A DNA stretch of 64,000 nucleotides from positions 36,210,001 to 36,274,000 of the forward strand of contig NC_087245.1 of assembly GCF_037042905.1 (NCBI RefSeq), in the 5' to 3' direction. The translations under genes and the position numbers were made by a program. Shown in pieces: positions 25,068 to 38,970 of the stretch. The stretch comes from Lytechinus pictus. Lineage: Eukaryota. Within the stretch, counting starts at the first letter, position 1. Each line of letters opens with the position of its first letter. The notes under the pieces were generated by a model. That model did no database searches and had not been told where the DNA came from. It was given only the letters and a program-made list of their open reading frames with translations.

Positions 25068-25886
25068 AGGGATATGCGCCGGGTTGAAAATAATATTTCA
25101 TTTTCATTTCATTTCGTTTATTTCCATTTTCAACAAATACAGTTTATTTTGTACATTTTAACATATAAATAACAAAACATATTTCAAGTATTCCTGTACA
25201 AAAATTATATTCAAGATTATTACATATCAGGTTGGAAATGGAGGAGGCTGCTAAAAGGCGGAGCTTGTAGAGTGCAGCCTCCTAATAAATATTATTGTAG
25301 TTGCATAGCGTATAAAAATCAATTTAACAGTATCAATATGATTTAACAGAAAAAGAAAAATCGGACAAGGAATAACAAAGTTATGGCATTTTAAAGATTT
25401 ACACTATTCCGGTTAATAAGCAGTTCTATATAGGCGTGTCTTCATGAATATCCAATGAGCAAACTGATGATTTCATATCCCCACTTGTTCTTGTGTATTC
25501 TATTATATGAAATTAGTTTTATTCAAACATGTTTCTACCAAAAACTTAAGAAATTGGATTGATAACTGATTATATTTTTTATTGCTGCAACTTATTTGAT
25601 TATAAAGGAGACACATTATTCACACGTGTATGAAAAAAACGAAACAATAAGTATGATTTCATGTACTAGTATAAGAAAAAGAAAAGTAGGGGATGTGACA
25701 TCATCAGCCCATCTAATGAATATTCATGATTACGTGCATATAATTATTTTCACAAAATATTGCTAAACTTTAAAATGCAATAACTTTGTTATTTGTTGCC
25801 CGATTTTGATAAAATTTTCAGCATTTTTCTTAATGAATTTTACTCCATTTATTTGGATATAAATATTTTCGGCCCGGAGGACCTCT
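25068..25886. mobile_element. Kolobok-like MITE family B, diverged, with an internal insertion (~25100-25330)
   Basis: TTAA|AGGGATATG start; body homologous to 28167-28763. Confidence 0.6.
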
Positions 25887-27065
25887 TTGAGCCTATACAA
25901 GCTTACGTGAAAAGGTTATACATTTCACCCTATCGTGAAAAAAGAATGATGGGGAATGGCCTATGTCATCACCACTAATAATTTATGGTCGAACATCATT
26001 ATATTTATGATGAATCTGAATTATATGGCAAGCATGATATTAATGATAACGAGGGAGTACAAGAGGATCATGATCATGATGATAGCAGTATTGATTTTCG
26101 TATATACGCATGACGACCATCATTTTATTTCCTCGCAATTTCCCAATGTTGAATGAAACCATTCCTTTCAGTAACTGTTAGAACAGATCGATGGACACGG
26201 CCCTGTATGGGAACGATGGTTTGGAAGAAAAAAAATCGACAAGCAAAAAAAGGGGAGGGGGGGGTTAAACTGCAGTGATTTGGGTCAGCACCCCCGAACC
26301 CCATGGCCATGTCGATGGAGAGAAAAAAAAAACTACAGGATGAAATAGAAAAACATATATATTTATGTTGTTTTTTATATGGCATCTGAAAAAAATGATA
26401 CCCCTCGCTGCAATCAAGTGCATAGGTTTGCCCCCTATATTTTACCGCACATTTGAATATCACTCCACGTTTGTTAGTTTTGTTTATTAAGGGCCATGAT
26501 GTAAATAAGTGGAGAGCATATAAAAAAAATGAGAATAGACGTTTCAAATAGTGTAAGGAAAATAAACAAAAACAGACAAGAGTCCTCAGAATGGTTCATT
26601 TTCAGGTAAATTTGTCAAAAATTTCAGCTCGCACTTCGCGCTCGCATTATTGACCTACTCCTTACGAAGTACAGTCATGTATAACATAATATAATTAAAA
26701 CATCCGTCTAACGGATCACCTCCCCCTGGCGTGTAAGACATGGGGCTTTGGGGCCAAAGTGTTTCACAACCAAGAAAGAAAAGGAGAAAGGGGTGTAATA
26801 TGATTATTATATAACGCCAAAGTCTATCACAAAATTAGATTTTTGTATCACATAGGTTAAAATTTGCTGCGCGTGAATAGTTTTGCCCTGTATGCCATGC
26901 CTGTCCCATAAAAAAAATCATACTCATTATAACGCCACTGACCCCCTCCCCCTCAACTGAAAAAAAGAGAGATAAAAAAAAAACCTTCACAGGAAATGCG
27001 TGCCAGTCACCCCCCCCCCCCCCTGAACCATGAACACCGATCAATACAATGCAGAATTGACATTA

Positions 27066-27454
27066 GGGGCCCGTCTTACAAAGAGTTGCGATTGATCTGA
27101 TCAATCGTAACTCTATGGAAATCTATCAGTGTCATAATTTTTTCAATGAAAAACTTGCACAATGTCCTCTGTATGCAAAGAGAAGCGCAGTGATTTTTCA
27201 AAAAAACAATGAATGCATGAATATACATCATAGCTAGACAATATTTTGAACAAACATGCATAATAGATGTTTGTTCAAAATATTGTCTAGCTATGATGTA
27301 TATCCATAAATTTATTGATTTCTTGAATATTTGGTGTGTTCTCCTTTGTTTACTAAGGCCATTTTACAAATTTCCTGTAGAAGAAATTATGACACTGATG
27401 GATTTCCATAGAGTTACGAATGATTGGATCAAACGTAACTCTTTGTAAGACGGG
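27066..27454. mobile_element. Fully palindromic Harbinger-like MITE
   Basis: CCCGTCTTACAAAGAGTT / AACTCTTTGTAAGACGGG TIRs; related to 32212-32482. Confidence 0.75.
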
Positions 27455-28166
27455 AAATGCACGAGATCAAGGGGAATTCACACGAAAAAATCTGTTACCA
27501 ATCCTGAGCGTTTCATAAGAAAAATGATAATGGCATCTTTGCCTATATGGTCACAAGTGGATGAATCAGGGCCAACGCTGCCCTCTACGTTCGTTGGTCA
27601 ATCAGGGCTCAACGACCAATCGCCTTGCAATGGAAAATAAATTATGCAAGCAACACTAAATGGATCAAAATATTGAATAGCTTTCAACCAATCAAATGAC
27701 AAGAACCTTTGTATGAGCTGTATAAAGGTTAATAATCCATGATGAAAAAATAATAACCATAAATACCATAGTTAGAGATTGGTATCTTGATTAACAATCT
27801 TGTGTCTATAGCTTCGTTTTCACCCACAAGTGGATATAGTGCCTTCTGGAAATGAACTCTCCATACACGGATTTCCTTTAATCAGAAACCATTTGCTACC
27901 TATCTGAATTAATCTGAAGGAAACAATTTTTTTTGGGTGGCTTCTAAAATGGACACCTTACAATAATTACCCACGTGGTGAATGGTACGTGACCATGTGT
28001 AATATGAATCACATGAGTTATTTTTCTTCTCATCTATTGTTTTCGATTGATCACATGAGTTTGACATCACGCTCCACACGCGCCGACATATAGTTCAACA
28101 TCTTGAACTTTGACACACACAGAAATCTAAATGGGCGAGATTATTATTATTATTTTTTTACATTAA

Positions 28167-28763
28167 AGGGATGGTCCGGGCTTAAGATATTTATATCTGT
28201 TTAGAGTAAAATTCACAGAGCAAAATGCTGAAAATTTCATCAAAATCGGATAACAAATAACAAATTTATTGAATTTTAAAGTTTATCAAAATTTTGGGAA
28301 AACAGTTATATGCACATCGTCATGAATATTCATTAGGGGGACTGATGATGTCACATCCCCACTTTTACTTTTCTTTGTCATTACATGAAATCATAATTGT
28401 TTCATTTTTTTCATAAATGTGTAAATGATGTGTCTCAATTATGATGAAATAACTTGCAGCAATAAATAACTAATGCACTGAATCAGTTGTCAATCCAATT
28501 GTTTTAGTTCGTGGTAGAAAACTTTTGAATAAACCTAATTTCATATAATAAAATACAAAAGAACAAATGGGTATATGACATCATCAGCCCACCTAATGAA
28601 TATTCATAGAGACATGCCTAGAACTGTTTCACCAGAATAATGCAAATCTTTAAAATTCAATAACTTTATTTGTTATCCAATTTTGATCAAATTTTCAGCA
28701 TTTTGCTCTGTGACTTTTACTCTATTTATTGAGATATAAATATTTCCAGCCTGGACCATCCCT
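28167..28763. mobile_element. Kolobok-like MITE family B, intact
   Basis: TTAA|AGGGATGGTCC...GGACCATCCCT|TTAA with long imperfect arms. Confidence 0.85.
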
Positions 28764-29877
28764 TTAAATTTGTGTTTAGTCTCATTCCAACACTTTCTCA
28801 TAGTCATACGCTCATTCTCAAGGGATAAAGGGAAACTCCATGAGACAAAGTGGCAACTTACCAAATCACCTTCCATTTCCCCTTTACATGATATTTAATT
28901 AAAAAAATTACCATCCTTGCCATCATAAAACCAAAGAAGAATGGAAGAAACCCCGAAAGAAACCTTCTGAACACACATCATGGGCAGTGACCTTAGGCTG
29001 CTTATTCAGACCCCAAAGTGAAAAGTTTGCTATATAGGCAAACCTTAGACATGTCTTGCCAATGTGTTGCTACGTTTTGATTGAGCAAATGCAACTTAAA
29101 TATTCACAAATTTATCATTTTTCATTCAAATTGCTTGAAACATTTCACATTTCATATAGAAGCTTCTTTCTCCACCGGCTCCTTCAAAAGAAATCTAAAT
29201 TCATTATAGAATTCACCTTGAAATTAAAAGAATGAATAATTTCAACGAACATGAATTACTACACTTCACAATTTGTTTAATATTGTAATCTTTCAATCAT
29301 TTTCTTTTTTATTGAGATACAGTAGATATAAGGCAACAAAATTAATACAATCATGGAATGATATTAGATCATACATGTTGCATAAGAATTATACAATTTT
29401 TAAATGAAGACATGTTTCTTAACAAGCTACTTTCACATATACAGAAATATGATATAAATCTACAAATATAATTCCTTTAACATACAGACATCAAGATAAA
29501 TTTGTATAGATTCTCTTACATTTCAATAAATGATTTCAACAAAGTGCATTGCTTATTTGAAAAATATGCATATGAAAAGATATTAATATATTTGATTGCT
29601 AATCTGATGAACTGCTATTGTCAACAGAGAAAATACCTATTTCCTGACAGCTTTTACATTATACATAGCTATTTTGACTATTTTACAGTGTTCAACTTAT
29701 ATATCTGACATACGTACGTGATCATTTAAAATGAAAGGAAATCATTAAAAATTGGCAAAAGCTTGTACTGCCCAAATATTTTCAATTCCATTGAACTACA
29801 TCACGATGGGCCCTCAAATTTGATGTTATTTAAGACTACCTCCTCCCATATATTGCTCTATGAAATTTGTAATTCAA

Positions 29878-30503
29878 AGGACAAGTCCACCCTAACAAAA
29901 AGTTGATTTCAATAAAAAGAGAAAAATCCAAAATGCATAACACTGAAAATTTCATTGGATGTAAATCAGATGTAAAAGAAGAAAGTTACGACATTTTAAA
30001 GTTTCGCTTAATTTCACAAAACAGTTCTATTTACATCCTGGTCAGTATGCAAATGAGGAGACTTATGACATCATCCAATAACTATTTCTTTTGTACTTCT
30101 TTTGTATTATATGAAATATTCTAATTTTCTCCTCATTGTCAAGTGAAACAACGATTAATTCCTCCCTGAACATGTGTAGTTAGCATTGTTTAATACTATA
30201 TGGTTCAGTCAAGTTGGTCCTTATTGTCAAATTTGTAAAAAAAAAGAAAAACATTATAATTCAAACAATAAAAAACAAAAGAAACAGTGAGTGATGGAAA
30301 AGAAAGAGTGAGTGATCATTGACTGACTCATTTGCATGTCACTGAGTTGTGCATATCACTGTTTCGTGAAAAATAAGCGAAACTTTAAAATTCCATAACT
30401 TTCTTATTTTACATCCAATTTTGATGATATTTCAGCGTTAGGCTAAAGTTTGATTTTTCTCTATTTATTCAAATCAACATTTTTTCAGGGGTGGACTCGA
30501 CCT
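29878..30503. mobile_element. Kolobok-like MITE family A
   Basis: TCAA|AGGACAAGTCCACCC...GGGTGGACTCGACCT|TCAA. Confidence 0.85.
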
Positions 30504-31270
30504 TCAAACGGGAGGGAGTACACTTCCACCTCGTACCCCTGGGGATCGCTGCTCACTTCACTTGACATCTTTTTCATATGTACATTTCAAGTTTACCTAT
30601 ATACATTTCTTGCATGAAGCTATCATTTTTTTACCAATTTGGTCTACTAGCAGATGGTCTAATTCTCAGATCATATAACACCATCATGGCAAAACCCACC
30701 TGGTCTACTAGCAGATGGTTTAATTCTCAAGTCATCTAAGACACCATCATGGCTACAGATAAATGCCAGTTGTGGTAACAATAACAAAATGAGTTTGTAC
30801 AGAATCCAATAAAATTACCACCCAATAAGAAAATATGTACCAAAGGGTTCTGGAAGAAATTATGTAGTTGCTGAGAAATTCGCAAGTTAAGCATATTTCT
30901 GCCAAACTTTTTCAAAGAATTTTTTATACACTGTCCCACATGTGCTCATCTGTGTTAGTGATCTACGGTGTGATTTCATGATATCACAAAGTGAATGTAA
31001 TCTAACTGCACCAGATCTATATCGAGGATGATAGTGCCGATAAACCTTAGTTTTACAGACATTAACTCATGAAATCAATGATTACTGCAACTACATATAT
31101 ATATCTTTCAACCAACTTGATCTATTGTCAATTTGGTCCAAATGTTCTTTAGTCCAACATTCAGCTTGTTAGTAGACAAACTGGTTTAAGAATGAACTAG
31201 GATTTTAGACCTAATTGTCCGTGGACAAAGTAAGTGTACACAAAGCGACATTGACAATTTACTAGTTTCA

Positions 31271-31864
31271 AGGACAAGTCCACCCCAACAAAAAGTTGAT
31301 TAAAATAAAAAGAGAAAAATCCATCAAGTGTAACACTAAAAATTTCATCAAAATCGGATGTGAAAAAAGAAAGTTATGACATATTAAAGTTTCGCTTAAT
31401 TTCACAAAACATTCATATGCACATCCTGGTCGGTATGCAAATGAGGAGACTGATGACGTCATCCACTCACTATTTCTTTTGTATTTTATTATATGAAATA
31501 TTCTAATTTTCTCCCATTGTCAAGTGAAACATTGATTAATTCCTCCCTGAACATATGGAATTAGCATTGTTTAATACTATATGGTTCAATCAAGTTGGTC
31601 CTTATTGTCAAATCTGTAAAAAATGAATATTGTATAATTCAAACAATAAAAAACAAAAGAAATAGTGAGTGATGGACATCATTGACTGACCCATTTGCAT
31701 GTCACTGAGTTGTGCATATCACTGTTTTGTGAAAAATAAGCGAAACTTCAAAATGCTGTAACTTTTTTATTTTACATCCGATTTTGATGAAAATTTCAGC
31801 GTTATGTTTGTTTGATTTTTCTCTTTTTATTCAAATCAAATTTTTGTCGGGGTGGACTTGTCCT
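31271..31864. mobile_element. Kolobok-like MITE family A, intact
   Basis: AGGACAAGTCCACCCC...GGGGTGGACTTGTCCT|TTAA. Confidence 0.85.
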
Positions 31865-32211
31865 TTAATCAATGTTCAAGAAATTAACTGAATGCCCCCT
31901 ACACTAAATCGTCAACTACAATTCGACATATAAATGTAGTTCATTATTCTTAACAATTAAATTTATCACCAACACTTGGCTATAATCTTGTTTATTCCTA
32001 AATAATGCCAATTATCATAAAACAATGTAGATACGACTCATGAATGATGAAAGTTTAGTTACCCATTTGGTAGAAATGTTTCAATACCATCCAGTGTACT
32101 GGAAAAACTTATCAGCGGTTGTCATATAAAACTACTATTATATATTCAAAGAAAAAAATACAAAAAACCTAAGAGATGTCCACATTTACAAACTACATGT
32201 ATTGATATCTG

Positions 32212-32482
32212 GGCCCCGTCTTACAAAGAGTTGCGATTGATCCGATCGATCGCAACTATGGACGGCCAGCAACGTCAACATATAAAATGCTTGGTTGTTC
32301 CAAAAATTTTCTAGATATGAATGCATATTCATAAATTCATTGATTTCTTGACAATTTGGTGTGTTCTCCTTTGTTTACAAAGGACATTTTACAAATTTCC
32401 TGTCGAAGAAATTATGACACTGATGGATTTCCATAGAGTTACGATTGATTGGATCGATCGTAACTCTTTGTAAGACGGGGCC
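32212..32482. mobile_element. Harbinger-like MITE
   Basis: GGCCCCGTCTTACAAAGAGTT TIR on both ends, CTG duplication. Confidence 0.8.
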
Positions 32483-35400
32483 CTGATGTATTACATGCTT
32501 GTTAAAATCTATACCGTGTTTACAAATAAATAAGTAATGTATTTAGTCTTAAGACTTCATTATACCTACAATGTAGATTATATAAAAAAATGTAGATAAT
32601 ATACATGTCAAATAATTAAAGACATGTAGTGTACAATTAACATCTACAGATAATATACATATATATATACACATTATACAATTGAATACCTTGTTAACGA
32701 ACATATTGACAATGACATTTTTAGAGAGGTCTGGGTTTATTTTAGGTGTCAATTTAGATTGAAATCTTATTGCAGTGATATTTCCCTTTCTATTTTTTTT
32801 AAAGACCTCATAAATTAAAAAAAAAAGACTTGTAAAGTCTAAATGATAATTTGGTCCCTGTCATATAGAAACTTGTGATTGGCTCAAACTAAATCTCAAA
32901 GATGAGATCGGTCTTGGTCATTTATGTCTTCAGAAATATATTTGAGATCAATTTGAGATGAATTAAATAATCAAAAATCTTCATTAAACAATGCTTAGAA
33001 GAGCTTAGTGGCCTGGGCTATTCCATTGAAATTACATTTTCATTTCATAGTTATGATAGATAATTTACAACCCATTCATACTAAATTATATAGCAACCTT
33101 TAATATTTTTCCTATAAAATCTAATAAATATAATTTACTTTATACTTGTTCATTTCATGTAAAAAAAAAATCACAAATCTTTTAATGTCACTCTCAGAGC
33201 GTAGAAGGTAACAATTGCAATTAAGTACAGTTTTTTTTTCCATTTACCCTGAAGAAACAAAAAACAATATATTACAGTATTCTTCAGTGAATATACAGAG
33301 TTAATTAATTTTGTTCTTTTTCTTTTACCCACAGATTTAGAAGTGTTATCTGACATCCTGAATTCACATATATCAGGCTATATAAAGATGAAAAGGTATG
33401 AAACACAACTGCCCAAGATATGGGAGGTCATCTGGAAAACATTTGAGGAAAATTAACAAGGGTTTGCAGCACTGCTAATTTGACTTAACAACAATAATTG
33501 CTTGGTCAATTAAAATTTTGGCTTTTTAAAATGAAATGTGCAAGCAAGAAATTAACGCGATCAGACAACATTACCAACTTGTGTCTGCCAGACTTCATGA
33601 ACCTCAAAATATCTTTAGAAAAACATACAAAGTACGAAACACAGTAAACATAGATGATAAATTAATGTATACAATTATGTCAGGCTTTAATGATATAGAA
33701 ATTTACTTGGTCTTTTTGTAAGGTCACTCTGAAAAAGACATGAAATGTAATAAGATCATTGTGTACTTGAGTTTTCAAGAAGGCAAATGTTTCGATTCTA
33801 TAATTGCACATTTGTGATACATACATGTAAGCTTCTAAAAGCTAGAAAACAACAAGGGGAAGAATAATGTCACCTATACTTTACAAATATTGGTGTTGAA
33901 ACGACACCACCGGTAATTATTTTACACCAGTGTGAAATACATGGTGTTAGTTCAACACCAATTGGTGATATTATAACACATCCTGTTTGTTATAATTCGA
34001 CACTGTTTGGTGTAATGTTCAATTCCATAGTGCATTTTCAACACCTGACGGAGCTGTCATCTCAGAACACTGTCTGGTGTTTTTTTTTACAGTGTATGAT
34101 ATTTGGTTTTGTGCTGTGATCAACGGCCGCCCCCCCCCCCCAAAAAAAATACAGCCATTCTGTCCTGAACTAAATGACTATCCCAGAATGCATCATTACA
34201 TTTATGATTTTCTACAAGGTCTTGCATCAAGACTAAGGACAGGAGACTACGGACATTCTTTTGTGTTTGGTGTTGGTGTCGGATCAGATATTTACGCCAG
34301 CTTGGCACCTGGGGGAAATCTGAATAGATGTTGTGATATGTGTTAGCTCAAATAAGGTGTTAGAGGTAGGGAAGGCAATCAGAATTTTGCTTCCAACACC
34401 AAACACCAACACCTAACACCAACACCTAACTTGAATTCACTGCTTTAAAACAGAAATGTATCCACACATTGATCTACAAATTACCGATATCACATAACAC
34501 TTATCCTATTTGATGGATTCACAGACAATAATAAAAAAAGATTAGAAAATATGAAACTGCTGTAAAGAATCCCTGATTCATATTAGCCTGTTTTAAAGTC
34601 GAAATTAATGGCTAATCAAATTTGTGTATATCACCGTCGTTAAAAAGCAAGGCAAGAACGGATTATTAAAGCACCAATTACTGACATAATATGAATTAGT
34701 GTGGTTATATGTGTATATATCTCAAAATCATGACGAATAATATATTGCAAATGCCCAACTAATTTACTAAGAGTACATTTATATCATTCTACAACATAGA
34801 TTGAATGAGATAACTATCTTCATACACATAATCATATATAAAGAGAAGTGATGTGCTATAAAATCGATTACCAGGCTGCTACCATATTTTTTTTTATTTT
34901 TGAACTGAATTAATATATAGTATGGGGTGAGGTTAATATGTCATGTTTAAAAAAATATACAGAAGAAATTAGAGAGTAAATAAACAAGATATACATGTAT
35001 ATGTGTGTTAAAAGAACAAATCACACACTATGACTTCAGCTAAATTATATATTTTTTCTCAAAACAAGATGGCTGTCTGCATTCAGAGCAGTATTTTCTA
35101 ACTATTTCTTTAACAAAAAAGCCCTGTTTCAAAACTTGAATATTATGAAAAAGTTTTTCAGCTTTCAGAACATAAGTCAATTTATATTTAAAATGGTCGC
35201 CTATAAAAATATCACTTATGTCCTACTTTGCAGAATTATGAATCTGAGAGTAGTCTTTCTAAGCTCAAATGTGGGGGAAGTAACAATGGAATATCACATG
35301 AACATTTATAACCATAATAAAATAAATTTACAATTAACTGAAATGTTTAGGGTGAGAAATGTATCTTGCTCTAAGAGTTAAATCCTCTCCTGATCTACCA

Positions 35401-35864
35401 AAATACTGTCATGATCAAGTGTTGTATATAGAGTACCAAAGCGATGATGTCAGTTGCCATGGTGTCATGGCGGCCTGGTTCTAAACAAATGAATCCGGGG
35501 GACAGTTTCATAAAGCTGTTCGTATTAAAGTTAGTAGCGACTTTATTCGACTGGTGATCCTATTTTATGCACTAAACCATCGCCAATTTATTATACCATT
35601 TACCACAAGAAAGGATCACCAGTCGTTCTTAAAGTCGTTCTTAACTTACAAACAGCTTTATGAAACACACATCTAGAAGTATTGCTCTATAGAGTGTGTT
35701 TCTACAGCACATCACTATTTTTGCAAATACAAATGTGTACAGACGATCGTCAGCTATGACTCTGTTCAGAACCAGCCGGTTCGTTATCATGACATTGTGA
35801 CGTCACACTTCGGTACTCTATAATATGATGATATTGCAAAGGGATACCCATTAATCTATTGCAA

Positions 35865-36445
35865 AGGGGTACTCCGGGCTGAAAATAACTATAATTATAT
35901 CTCAATATATAAAAGAGTAAAATTCATGAAGCTGAAATGCTGACAATTTTGTCAAAATCTGATAGCAAATAACAAGGTTATTGAATCTTAATGTTCAGCC
36001 ATATTTTGTGAAAAGCGCTATACACACGCCGTCATGAATATTCAATAGGTGGGCTGATGATGTCATGTCCCCACTTACCCTCATATGAAATTACAATTAT
36101 TTCATATTTTCATAAATGCGTGCGTGATATATCTTGTAACTGAATAAGTTGCAGCAATGATTATCTTATTAGTTCATTAAAAGTCAATCCAATTTTATTC
36201 ACTCAGGGACGACAAATTTGAATGAAAGAAAAAATGAGGATACGACATCATCAGCTTGCTCAATGCATATTCATAGAGATATGCATAGAGTTCTTGACCA
36301 AAATTATGCAAAAACTAAAAAATGTTACAACTTTTGTTATTTTCTATCCAATTTTGATGGAATTTTTAAGCGTTTTGCTTCGTCTGAATTTTACTTTAGC
36401 TGTTAATTCAAATCATTTTTTTTTTCAGCCTGGAGCAAACATCCA
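35865..36445. mobile_element. Kolobok-like MITE family B, diverged
   Basis: AGGGGTACTCCGGGCTGAAAA start; TCATGAATATTCA..AGGTGGGCTGATGATGTCA core. Confidence 0.7.
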
Positions 36446-37603
36446 TTTAGTTTGCCACATGTGTAATGGATAAGAAATAAGCACGTTAGATACACTGGTG
36501 GGTAATTTATTCATCTCTGTCTCAAGTAGAACCAGCAAATTTTCATAACAGGGAAAGATTGACATCACTTTGATTAATACTCCTGCTTATGACACGTAAC
36601 AGTCATTCTACAGTGCTTGATCAACTCTAAATGATGTTATGTGCATGCACATCTACAGTTTAAAACACACTAGGAGACAAATACCAATCTGGGTCAACAT
36701 GTGTGTAAGAAAACTCAACATGCTATGCCAGGCAAGGCATCTGTATAGATGACAACTGTATTTAATCACTTTTTAACAGGAAATATCACCTTTGTGTAAA
36801 GTCCCCAGTTTTCTGTTTCATTTCAATGCAAATTCGGTGTTTGTGTCCTTCTGTGACATATACAATATATATATAATATTAAATGCAATTATTGTTGATA
36901 GTAAAAACTTTGGTAACATGAAAAATTTCCCTTATTTACCCACATTGCAGTATGCAGATAAAGCTTTGTAATAAACAATGTGAGAATGGTGATTGGCAGT
37001 TGTTTTATAGAATGCAACAGAAATTTGTTTTACTGGACTTCATTTAATTTTCACGATTTTCAGTGTACTTTTCGGAATTCAAAATTTTTATCTGAAAAAG
37101 AAATGTGTTTCTATGAAATTAAGTGCTCTTCCCAAATTCTGTGAAATTCAAATTTTCTTGTTTTCTGTATAGTGGAAAATTGGGGACTTAAATTTACAGT
37201 TGTGACTTGATTTCTATTGCAGTTGTAAGAGATGTACATAAATAATACAATAATCAAATATTTGAGATTATTATTTTACTGTTAGTTGGCCTTTTTCAAA
37301 TATTTACCTGGAATATATACAGCAAAATCAGGCCTCAGTATATATTATCCTTTTTAAAAAAATACTGGCTCAGAGAAGACTTTCTCTGAGCCTTTCTACA
37401 TTAGAAACAGACAATGGGACTACTACTTATCACCTTAGGGTCCCTTCTGTCTTGTGTTGTATATCACACTTCATTTCTCTCTAATCTCATCAAATAATGA
37501 TAATACTTTCTCCATCCACTGTGATACGTTGTCTCATCCGGGAGAAAATTAGAGAAGAGAAGCAAGAGATGGGGGTTTCAATGATGGAGAAGTGCTTCAT
37601 TCA

Positions 37604-37729
37604 TCAACTCGTCGAGGCATGGCGGCCCTTCAACAAACTCACGTTGTGAGCAAAGCTCGCTGCTTGGTCACGCATCTGTTCCGTCTTATCCTCGAGCTCT
37701 CCCAGCTTCTCGCCCCTCTCCAGAGCAGC
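37604..37729 (-). CDS. Terminal exon encoding a tomosyn/amisyn-like R-SNARE coiled coil, no transmembrane anchor
   Basis: Acceptor CTCCCCTGCAG. AALERGEKLGELEDKTEQMRDQAASFAHNVSLLKGRHASTS* carries the ERGEKL zero-layer Arg signature of R-SNAREs. Confidence 0.85.
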   Translation of the reverse strand, partial: AALERGEKLGELEDKTEQMRDQAASFAHNVSLLKGRHASTS

Positions 37730-37734
37730 CTGCA

Positions 37735-38970
37735 GGGGAGGGGTGGGGCAGGTTAGGGTGGGCATGAGGTTAAGTGGGGTGGGTGGGTATGAGGTAGTGT
37801 GGTGGGCACGTTAGGGTAGGCATGGGGTGCAATGGGGTGGGGCAGGGTAGGGTAGGCATGGGGTGCAGTGGGGTAGGGCGGGTTTGAGTGGGTATGATGT
37901 ACAGTGGGGTGGGGCAGAATAGGGTGGGCATGAGGTGCAATGTGGTAGGGGAGGGGGAGAGATAGGATGAGTGTAGATGGGATAGAGCAGGTAGGTTGGG
38001 GTGAGGTCCGGTGGGGTGGGGTAGCCGCAGAGATAGGATTGGTAGAAATGAGGTAGAGCAGGTAGGTTGTGGTGAGGTTCAGTGGGGTGGGGTAAGGGCA
38101 GAGATAGGATTGATAGCAATGTGATAGAGCAGGTGGGTTGGGGGTGAGGTCCAGTGGGGTGGGGGTAAGGGCAGAGATAGGATGGGTAGCAATGGGATAA
38201 GGCAGGTAGGTTGGGGTGAGGTCCAGTGGGGTGGTGTAGGGGCAGAGATAAGATTGGTAGAAATGGGATAGAGCAGGTAGGTTGGGGGTGAGGTCCAGTG
38301 GGGTGGGGTAAGGGCAGAGATAGGATGGGTAGCAATGGGATAAGGCAGGTAGGTTGGGGTGAGGTTCAGTGGGGTGGGGTAAGGGCAGAGATAGGATTGG
38401 TAGCAATGGGATAGAGCAGGTAGGTTGGGGTGAGGTCCAGTGGGGTGGGGTAAGGGCAGAGATAGGATTGATAGCAATGGGATAGAGCAGGTAGGTTGGG
38501 GTGAGGTTCAGTGGGGTGGGGTAAGGGCAGAGATAGGATTGGTAGCAATGGGATAGAGCAGGTAGGTTGGGGTGAGGTCCAGTGGGGTGGGGTAAGGGCA
38601 GAGATAGGATTGATAGCAATGGGATAGAGCAGGTAGGTTGGGTGAGGTCCAGTGGGGTGGGGTAAGGGCAGAGATAGGATTGATAGCAATGGGATAGAGC
38701 AGGTAGGTTGGGGTGAGGTTCAGTGGGGTGGGGTAAGGGCAGAGATAGGATTGATAGCAATGTGATAGAGCAGGTAGGTTGGGTGAGGTCCAGTGGGGTG
38801 GGGTAAGGGCAGAGATAGGATTGGTAGAAATGGGATAGAGCAGGTGGGTTGGGGTGAGGTCCAGTGGGGTGGGGTAAGGGCAGAGATAGGATGGGTAGCA
38901 ATGGGATAGAGCAGGTAGGTGGGGGTGAGGTCCAGTGGGGTGGGGTAGGGGCAGAGATAGGATGGGTGGA
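37735..38970 (+). repeat. G-rich minisatellite, ~71-bp unit x ~14 plus a degenerate flank
   Basis: Unit GATAGGATTGATAGCAATGGGATAGAGCAGGTAGGTTGGGGTGAGGTCCAGTGGGGTGGGGTAAGGGCAGA; TAGCAATGGG recurs at 38401 and 38472. Confidence 0.95.

Noticed and set aside
31268..31462. Recurring 'CHNFLILHPILMKFS' ORFs (also at 4570 and 44139)
   Set aside because: Incidental frames in MITE family A arms, not a protein family.
37958..38970. CRISPR-like regular array
   Set aside because: Head-to-tail units with no unique spacers, no cas genes, eukaryotic context.
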